DNA of 55,689 nucleotides from an uncultured Lentimicrobiaceae bacterium (GTDB lineage Bacteria; Bacteroidota; Bacteroidia; Bacteroidales; WCHB1-69): NCBI GenBank assembly GCA_964610025.1, contig CAZSTX010000005.1, positions 1 to 55,689 of the forward strand, read 5' to 3'. Shown piece by piece: positions 48,863 to 55,689 of this stretch (position 1 is its first letter; each line of letters starts with the position of its first letter). The notes under the pieces were generated by a model. It saw only the letters and a program-made list of their open reading frames with translations, ran no database searches and was not told where the DNA came from. The position numbers and the translations under genes were made by a program.

Positions 48863-49831
48863 GTGAAAAAAATTGCAAAGAGGGTATTAAGAAGATTGAT
48901 TAAATCAGAACTCACTGATGATAAATTAATTTGTCAAACTAATTATGGAGAAAATTTAATTTATTCTATTAATTATTACAATGCTCCTAATACGTTAATT
49001 GAATTAGGCAGACTAAGAGAAATTGCTTTCAGAGATGCTGGCGGAGGAACTGGGAAACCTATCGATTTAGATGAATTTGATACTATGAACCCACCTTTTC
49101 AACAATTGGTTGTTTGGGACCCAAAAGAAAAAGAAATCCTTAGCAGTTATCGTTATCTTTTAGGAAAAGACATGAAAATAGATAAAAATGGAATGCATAG
49201 TCCAACAGCTAAACTATTTCAATTTTCTGATAATTTCATTAAAAACTATTTACCTTACTCTATTGAATTAGGGCGTTCTTTTGTACAGCCTCAATATCAA
49301 GTTGCTAACTCTCGAAAAGGACTGTTTGCCCTCGATAATGTTTGGGATGGATTAGGAATGCTTATCTATGACAACCCTAACATTAAATATATTTATGGAA
49401 AAATGACCATGTATAAAAATTATAATTCTTTAGCAAGAGATTTAATTTTATTTTTCTTAAATAAGCATTTTACCAAAGAAGAACCTCTAATGAAAGCCTA
49501 CAAACCACTCCCCTATTACCATGAACAAAGCATGTTAGCTACTTTACTGCCAAACGAAAATTTTAAAGATGACTACAAATCTCTTGTACAAGAAATTAGC
49601 AAATTAGACTGTAAAATTCCTCCTTTAATAAACATTTACATGAGAGTTGCCTCCACTATGCAATGCTTTGGGACATCTGATAACGATGAGTTTGGCGAAA
49701 CAGAAGAAACTGTTATCTTAGTTAAAATAGACGACATATACGAAGACAAAAAAGCACGATATATAAACCCAAAAACCATAAAAAGTTTCAATGATTATAA
49801 AAACCTCATCTTTCGCAAAAAGCAGTCCTAA
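48863..49831 (+). CDS. GNAT-5 family N-acyltransferase (putative aminolipid N-acyltransferase)
   Basis: ELGRLREIAFRDAGGGTG..DLDEFD, IELGRSFV, LDNVWDGLG, IPPLINIY. GTG start. Confidence 0.85.
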   Translation: MKKIAKRVLRRLIKSELTDDKLICQTNYGENLIYSINYYNAPNTLIELGRLREIAFRDAGGGTGKPIDLDEFDTMNPPFQQLVVWDPKEKEILSSYRYLLGKDMKIDKNGMHSPTAKLFQFSDNFIKNYLPYSIELGRSFVQPQYQVANSRKGLFALDNVWDGLGMLIYDNPNIKYIYGKMTMYKNYNSLARDLILFFLNKHFTKEEPLMKAYKPLPYYHEQSMLATLLPNENFKDDYKSLVQEISKLDCKIPPLINIYMRVASTMQCFGTSDNDEFGETEETVILVKIDDIYEDKKARYINPKTIKSFNDYKNLIFRKKQS

Positions 49832-50393
49832 TTGGGAAACATGTCCTGAAACTAACTTGCCAGAATTTGCCTTTATTGGGCGTTCTAATGTAGGAAAGTC
49901 TTCATTTATCAACATGTTAACAAATCAACAAAAATTAGCTAAAATTTCTTCTACCCCTGGTAAAACTAAACTTATTAATCATTTTTTAATCAATAATGAA
50001 TGGTATTTAGTCGATTTACCCGGATATGGTTATGCTCGTATATCAAAACAATTACGCATCAACTGGGAAAAAATGATTTTAGATTATATAAATTATCGTC
50101 AAAACCTATATTATCTCTGTGTCTTAATTGATATTAGACTATTACCGCAAAAAATCGATCTTTCTTTTATCGAAATGTTGGGCAAACAACAAATTCCATT
50201 TTTACTTATTTTTACAAAATCAGATAAACAAAGTCAAACAAAAACATCAAAAAATCTCCAAGCATTTCTTGATACTATTTCAATAACATGGGAATCACTA
50301 CCCCCATATTTTGTTACTTCTTCTTTAACAGGAAAAGGAAAAGAAGAATTTTTAGCTTTTATTGATAAAACAATAAAAGAAACAAAAAAATAA
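49791..50393 (+). CDS. yihA: Ribosome biogenesis GTP-binding protein YihA/YsxC (EngB)
   Basis: GRSNVGKSS, SSTPGKT, VDLPGYGY, FTKSDK. Overlaps the upstream gene by 41 bp. Confidence 0.95.
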   Translation: MIIKTSSFAKSSPNWETCPETNLPEFAFIGRSNVGKSSFINMLTNQQKLAKISSTPGKTKLINHFLINNEWYLVDLPGYGYARISKQLRINWEKMILDYINYRQNLYYLCVLIDIRLLPQKIDLSFIEMLGKQQIPFLLIFTKSDKQSQTKTSKNLQAFLDTISITWESLPPYFVTSSLTGKGKEEFLAFIDKTIKETKK

Positions 50394-50485
50394 TGATAAT
50401 TTTTCGACAATAGAATCAAAAAAAATTATATCTTTGCACACTTTTTAAAATTAAACTAATTTATTTATTTTTAAACTTATAAGAA

Positions 50486-51106
50486 ATGAAATCAGTATCT
50501 ATTAGCGGCTCTTTAAGAAAGAGCGTAGGGAAAAAAGATGCAAAAGCACAACGAAGACAAGGAATAGTTCCTTCGGTAATTTATGGACAAAACCAACAAC
50601 TACATCTATTAATTGAAGAAAAAGCATTAAATAAACTCATTTATTCTCCTGAAGTTAGGTATGTAGAACTAAGTATTAATGAAAAAACACACAAAGCTAT
50701 ATTACAAGAATCACAATTTCATCCAGTAACAGGAAAATTGCTTCATGTAGATTTTTTAGAAATAACAGACGATAAACCTTTCACTATAGAAATTCCTCTT
50801 TTAACTCAAGGAACTTCACCAGGAATATTACAAGGAGGTAAATTATCTAAAAAAGTTAGAAAAATTAAAGTAAAAGGTCTTTTAAATGACATTCCAGAAA
50901 ATATAAAATTAGATATTAGCAAATTAAACATACTTGATAACATTACAGTAGAAGAATTACATTTTGATAATTTTGAAATTATTGAAAATCCTCAAAAAGT
51001 ATTAGTATCTATATTAAGTGCACGTAATATTATAGAAGAGACTGAAGAAGAAGCAGAAACAACAGAAGAAAACACTGCTACAAGTAAAGAAGAAAGCGAT
51101 AAATAA
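50486..51106 (+). CDS. rplY: 50S ribosomal protein L25/general stress protein Ctc
   Basis: RRQGIVPSVIYG, QFHPVT...HVDF, acidic tail. TATCTTTG box at 50429-50436. Confidence 0.95.
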   Translation: MKSVSISGSLRKSVGKKDAKAQRRQGIVPSVIYGQNQQLHLLIEEKALNKLIYSPEVRYVELSINEKTHKAILQESQFHPVTGKLLHVDFLEITDDKPFTIEIPLLTQGTSPGILQGGKLSKKVRKIKVKGLLNDIPENIKLDISKLNILDNITVEELHFDNFEIIENPQKVLVSILSARNIIEETEEEAETTEENTATSKEESDK

Positions 51107-51141
51107 TTATATATCTAATTCTAAATCAATTTATAATAAAT

Positions 51142-51174
51142 AAAAAAAAGAGGTTTAAAAAACCTCTTTTTTTT
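51142..51174. terminator. Bidirectional intrinsic terminator between convergent rplY and panB
   Basis: AAAAAAAAGAGGTT-TAAAA-AACCTCTTTTTTTT. Confidence 0.85.
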
Positions 51175-51175
51175 A

Positions 51176-51994
51176 TTAGTATTGTTCACTATCATTAGGG
51201 AAAGAAACTGTTTTAACATCACTGATGTATTTCTTTAAAGCAGTGGTTATTTCAAAAGTTAAATTATGGTAGCGACGTAAAAAACGAGGAGAAAATTGCT
51301 GAGTAATCCCAAGCATATCATGTAAAACAAGCACTTGCCCATCAACATTATGCCCTGCTCCAATACCTATAATAGGTATTTTTAAAGCCTCTGTTACCTT
51401 AGTAGCTAAAACAGCAGGTATTTTTTCAAGTACTATACTAAAACATCCCGTTTTTTCTAATAATAAAGCATCTTCCATTAAACGATTAGCTTCCTCTTCT
51501 TCAATAGCACGAACAACATAAGTTCCAAACTTATTAATAGATTGAGGAGTGAGACCAAGATGTCCCATTACAGGAATACCAGCAGTAAGAATACGGTCTA
51601 CACTTTCAATAATTTCCTTTCCACCTTCCAACTTAATAGCATCGGCACCTGATTCTTTCATGATACGAATAGCAGATGCCAAAGCCTCTTTAGAATTACC
51701 TTGATAAGTTCCAAAAGGCATATCTACAATTACTAAAGCACGTTCAACAGCCTTTACTACCGATGATGCATGATAAATCATTTGGTCTAAAGTAATAGGC
51801 AGTGTTGTTTTATGTCCTGCCATAACATTTGCTGCAGAATCTCCAACTAAAATCACTTCTATTCCAGCTATTTCTAATAAACGAGCCATCGAATAATCAT
51901 ATGCCGTAAGCATGGCTATTTTTTCATGATTATTTTTCATTCTTTGTAAAATGTGTGTAGTGATTTTTCCAGCTGTTTGTGAAATACTTGACAT
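51176..51994 (-). CDS. panB: 3-methyl-2-oxobutanoate hydroxymethyltransferase
   Basis: [44 protein letters not shown]. Confidence 0.97.
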   Translation of the reverse strand: MSSISQTAGKITTHILQRMKNNHEKIAMLTAYDYSMARLLEIAGIEVILVGDSAANVMAGHKTTLPITLDQMIYHASSVVKAVERALVIVDMPFGTYQGNSKEALASAIRIMKESGADAIKLEGGKEIIESVDRILTAGIPVMGHLGLTPQSINKFGTYVVRAIEEEEANRLMEDALLLEKTGCFSIVLEKIPAVLATKVTEALKIPIIGIGAGHNVDGQVLVLHDMLGITQQFSPRFLRRYHNLTFEITTALKKYISDVKTVSFPNDSEQY

Positions 51995-52034
51995 AATTAT
52001 AAACTATTTAACTGTTATATTTTTAAATAAATAA

Positions 52035-54173
52035 TTATTTGCGAGATTCTAACAGAAGCTGAAGCATCACAACAGCACACTCGCTAATAATGGAACCTGG
52101 TCCAAAAATAGCTACAACACCTGTTTTATACAAGAAATCATAATCTTGAGGAGGAATAACACCGCCTACAATTACCATAATATCTTCTCTGTTTAATTTC
52201 TTTAATTCTTCTATTATTTTCGGAACTAATGTTTTATGCCCTGCTGCCAAAGAAGAAACTCCAACAAAATGTACATCATTTTCTACTGCCTGTTTTGCTG
52301 CCTCTTCTGGTGTTTGAAATAAAGGTCCCATATCAACATCAAATCCTATATCTGCATAAGCTGTTGCTACTACTTTTGCTCCTCGGTCGTGTCCATCTTG
52401 CCCCATCTTAGCTATCATAATACGTGGTCTCCGACCTTCTAAAGCTGCAAATTCATCTGCTAAATTGCATGCTTTTTTAAAACTGTCATTATTTTTTGTT
52501 TCTGAATTATACACTCCTGTAATGAGATTTATTTTTGCTTTATAACGTCCATATATTTTTTCCATTGCCATAGAAATTTCACCTAAAGAAGCTCGTTTAC
52601 GTGCCGCTTCTACTGACAATGTTAATAAATTTCCTTCACCTGTTTCTGCACATTGCATGATATCTTTCAAGGCTTTTTCGACAGCTGCTTGATCACGATT
52701 TTGGCGTAATTGCGTTAATCGTTTAATTTGAGCCTCTCTTACCATCGTATTATCTACTTCTAAAGTTTCGATAGGTTCTTCTTGCTCTAAACAATATTTA
52801 TTTACCCCTACAATAGTATCATGATTAGAATCAATACGTGCTTGTTTTCGTGCTGATGCTTCTTCGATACGCATTTTTGGCAAGCCTGTTTCTATTGCCT
52901 TTGCCATTCCGCCTAATTCTTCTATTTCTTGAATGTGTTGCCAAGCTTTATGAGCAATATCATGCGTTAGATTTTCAACATAATAAGACCCAGCCCAAGG
53001 GTCGACTACTTTACAAATATTAGTTTCTTCTTGTAAATATATTTGTGTATTACGTGCTATACGAGCCGAAAAATCGGTAGGCAAAGCTATTGCTTCGTCT
53101 AAAGCATTTGTATGCAACGATTGAGTATGACCTAAAGCGGCTGCCATTGCTTCTATACAAGTACGCGCAACATTATTAAACGGGTCTTGTGCAGTAAGCG
53201 ACCACCCAGAAGTTTGTGAATGGGTACGCAATGCTAAAGATTTTGGATTTTTAGGGTTAAATTGTTTGACAATTTTAGCCCACAACATACGAGCAGCACG
53301 CATTTTAGCTATTTCCATAAAATGGTTCATGCCAATTGCCCAAAAAAAAGAAAGACGAGGAGCAAAAGTATCGATATCCATTCCTGCATTCAATCCAGCT
53401 CTAATATACTCTAACCCATCGGCTAAAGTATAGGCTAATTCTATATCAGCAGTAGCTCCTGCTTCTTGCATATGATAACCTGATATACTTATCGAATTAA
53501 ATTTAGGCATATATTTAGAAGTAAATTCAAAAATATCGGCAATAATTTTCATCGATGGCAAGGGTGGATAAATATAAGTATTTCTTACCATAAATTCTTT
53601 CAATATATCATTTTGAATAGTACCCGTTAATTGCTCTAAACTTACCCCTTGTTCTTCGGCAGCAACGATATAAAAAGCCATAATAGGCAATACGGCACCA
53701 TTCATAGTCATTGATACCGACATCTTATCTAATGGGATATGGTCAAATAATATTTTCATATCTAATATAGAATCTACAGCAACTCCTGCTTTTCCTACAT
53801 CACCCACTACCCTTTCATGGTCACTATCATAGCCTCTATGTGTAGCCAAATCAAAAGCAATAGACAAGCCTTTTTGTCCTGCTGCTAAATTTCTTCTATA
53901 AAACGCATTGGATTCTTCGGCAGTAGAAAAACCTGCATATTGACGAATTGTCCACGGTCGCATAACATACATTGTAGAATAAGGTCCTCTTAAAAAAGGC
54001 GGAATTCCCGCAGCATAATTAAGATGTGCTAAATGTTCAATATCATCTTTAGTGTATACAGACTTTAAAGGTATTTGTTCGGCAGTAGTCCATACATCAT
54101 TAGTAATAAACTTGTTTGTATTATTTTCTTCCTTTTTATTTATATAAGAAATTTTTGTAAAATCTGGTCTCAT
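52035..54173 (-). CDS. scpA: Methylmalonyl-CoA mutase (large/catalytic subunit)
   Basis: [34 protein letters not shown]12-binding [17 protein letters not shown] box at 54203-54210 (-). Confidence 0.96.
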   Translation of the reverse strand: MRPDFTKISYINKKEENNTNKFITNDVWTTAEQIPLKSVYTKDDIEHLAHLNYAAGIPPFLRGPYSTMYVMRPWTIRQYAGFSTAEESNAFYRRNLAAGQKGLSIAFDLATHRGYDSDHERVVGDVGKAGVAVDSILDMKILFDHIPLDKMSVSMTMNGAVLPIMAFYIVAAEEQGVSLEQLTGTIQNDILKEFMVRNTYIYPPLPSMKIIADIFEFTSKYMPKFNSISISGYHMQEAGATADIELAYTLADGLEYIRAGLNAGMDIDTFAPRLSFFWAIGMNHFMEIAKMRAARMLWAKIVKQFNPKNPKSLALRTHSQTSGWSLTAQDPFNNVARTCIEAMAAALGHTQSLHTNALDEAIALPTDFSARIARNTQIYLQEETNICKVVDPWAGSYYVENLTHDIAHKAWQHIQEIEELGGMAKAIETGLPKMRIEEASARKQARIDSNHDTIVGVNKYCLEQEEPIETLEVDNTMVREAQIKRLTQLRQNRDQAAVEKALKDIMQCAETGEGNLLTLSVEAARKRASLGEISMAMEKIYGRYKAKINLITGVYNSETKNNDSFKKACNLADEFAALEGRRPRIMIAKMGQDGHDRGAKVVATAYADIGFDVDMGPLFQTPEEAAKQAVENDVHFVGVSSLAAGHKTLVPKIIEELKKLNREDIMVIVGGVIPPQDYDFLYKTGVVAIFGPGSIISECAVVMLQLLLESRK

Positions 54174-54520
54174 AATTATACTCTCTTTTATAAAAAACTT
54201 TACAAAAGTACTAAATAAAGAGTTATAAATAAAAAATAAATATATTTTTTATTCACATTATTTAATTTATTAAAGATAAGTTAGAAATACAACTGAGAAT
54301 TTTAGGTGTTGTATCGAAAATGCGGGAAACAAGAATGGAATAAATTATATAAAAACTTACATAAAGAAACACTCTTATCTTCAAAAATAAAATTATAATA
54401 TCTTATATAAAAAAAAGTATTTTTGAGTTTACTTTGAATCCCTTTATAAAGATTTGATTATCTAACTTTAATAAAATAAATAATTACTTTTTCATATCTC
54501 AAAAATCAATGCAATATAGT

Positions 54521-55237
54521 TTAAACTTGTTTATTAACAAAATGCACTGTATTGCACGCTACTATGGCTGCTGTTTCGGTACGCAAGCGATTTTTTCCTA
54601 AACTTACCGGAATAAAACCGTATTGTTTTGCAAAACTTACTTCATTGGGAGTAAAATCACCTTCTGGTCCAATTAAAATCAAGGTGTCTTTATTTTTTTT
54701 AACTCTATGCTGCAATAGCGGCAAAGGCAAATCATTATTCGTACCACAATATGCTATTATTTTTTGTTCTTCTTTTGCTGTTTCGACCAAGTATTTAAAA
54801 CTAAACTTTTCGTTAAATATTGGCTTGGTAAAATGCAAAGATTGCTTTATTGCAGCAACAGCAATACGCTCAATACGATTATATTTCAAGTTAATTTTTT
54901 CTGACTTATCGCATATTAAAGCAGTTATTTCGGATACGCCTATTTCGATTGCTTTTTCAACAAACCATTCATACCTATCTGTATTTTTAGTTGGAGCTAC
55001 TGCCAAATGTAAATAATAAGGGAAACTAGCTACTACCCTCTCTTGCGATAATATTTCGACAGTACATTTATTAATTGCATCGTCTACAATAGATGCTTTA
55101 TAGAGATAGCCTTTTCCATCAGTAAGATAGATTGTATCGCCTCGTCTGAAACGCATCACTTTAACACAATGAATAGATTCTTCTTGCGACAGAGTACAAA
55201 GCGATGAAATTATATCAGGAGCATAAAACAAATCCAT
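54521..55237 (-). CDS. rsmE: 16S rRNA (uracil1498-N3)-methyltransferase
   Basis: HCVKVMR, EKAIEIG, AAIKQS, LIGPEGDF, LRTETAA. Confidence 0.95.
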   Translation of the reverse strand: MDLFYAPDIISSLCTLSQEESIHCVKVMRFRRGDTIYLTDGKGYLYKASIVDDAINKCTVEILSQERVVASFPYYLHLAVAPTKNTDRYEWFVEKAIEIGVSEITALICDKSEKINLKYNRIERIAVAAIKQSLHFTKPIFNEKFSFKYLVETAKEEQKIIAYCGTNNDLPLPLLQHRVKKNKDTLILIGPEGDFTPNEVSFAKQYGFIPVSLGKNRLRTETAAIVACNTVHFVNKQV

Positions 55238-55244
55238 TGTTAAA

Positions 55245-55689
55245 TTAAAATTTCCATTTTAACCCAATGTATCCATCTTGCGTAGGTTCTAAATAAATTG
55301 TAGAATGTTCTAAATCCATTAATTTCCCAGCTTTATCTACAAAATAAAAGCTCCGCAAAAGAAAAAACAAACCACCTGCTACTGCAAAAGACCCTGCAGC
55401 AAAAAGAGGATATTTTGCTTTAGTATAATGTGAATCAAAATAAGTGAATGCCAAAGTGTTAGCTGACAATCCTGTTGTTAATAAACAAATTCCTAAATAA
55501 AAATTAGTAGTCGATTTTCGCAAATAATATCCTGAAGTATATTTAAATAAATCGTTTTCAGACAAATTGTCTAATTGTTTAAATCTTAAAAAATCGTCTT
55601 TAGTAGATTGTCGAAAACATGAAATAAACTGTTTTACCATACTTTTTTGCATAGCAAATACATAATTATAGCTATCAAAAGTATAAATA
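55245..55689 (-). CDS. Hypothetical membrane protein, 5'-truncated by the window edge
   Basis: The frame stays open upstream of the ORF-track ATG (55652) to the window end. Two C-terminal hydrophobic segments. Confidence 0.6.
   Translation of the reverse strand, partial: IYTFDSYNYVFAMQKSMVKQFISCFRQSTKDDFLRFKQLDNLSENDLFKYTSGYYLRKSTTNFYLGICLLTTGLSANTLAFTYFDSHYTKAKYPLFAAGSFAVAGGLFFLLRSFYFVDKAGKLMDLEHSTIYLEPTQDGYIGLKWKF

Noticed and set aside
49791-49831. 41-bp overlap of the GNAT gene and yihA, considered as a frameshift or fusion
   Set aside because: Both proteins look complete with normal termini, so this is an ordinary compact overlap.
54174-54520. Cobalamin riboswitch upstream of methylmalonyl-CoA mutase
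   Set aside because: Only a 7-bp stem (54287-54293/54308-54314) is present. No B12-box or conserved core was recognisable on the minus strand.
966-55016. Short ORFs antisense or out-of-frame to real genes (for example 966-1157, 1338-1553, 3490-3726, 12067-12255, 31020-31334, 38322-38549, 54552-55016)
   Set aside because: They are shadow ORFs of well-supported genes or AT-rich low-complexity frames, with no motifs.

Overview
AT-rich Bacteroidota chromosomal segment, probably Bacteroidales. This rests on many TAnnTTTG -7 promoter boxes, a porP-gldKLMN type IX secretion cluster, a T9SS-sorted protease, and DUF5606 and DUF1599 genes. Most of the window (about 3.3-55.7 kb) is housekeeping: lptB-rseP-dxr, S41 peptidase, rhomboid, aminotransferase-rdgB-amn-ABC, tig-clpP-clpX, tsaE, rarA, ychF, uvrD, nadE, T9SS core, recG-dusB-acyltransferases-yihA, rplY, panB, methylmalonyl-CoA mutase and rsmE. 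Two regions stand out. (1) Bases 1-3236 are an accessory patch. It holds four 12-bp motifs phased at exactly 32 bp, an attC-like imperfect inverted repeat, and a type II restriction-modification pair bracketed by 56-bp direct repeats and followed by half of a second attC-like element. The beta-class methyltransferase of that pair carries a C-terminal, apparently catalytically dead staphylococcal-nuclease (SNase/OB) domain and has tandem GTAC sites overlapping its promoter. (2) The 11770-12170 intergenic region holds three minus-strand units. In each, a -7 promoter box is followed 7-8 nt later by a 43-60 nt stem-closed structured RNA, which suggests a small-RNA cluster. Also noted are a decayed hsdM stub, a large CAP plus OmpA-like exported protein and a highly acidic insertion in GldN. 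No integrase, transposase, tRNA, rRNA or CRISPR array was seen. All family calls come from motif recognition by eye and need HMM or database confirmation.
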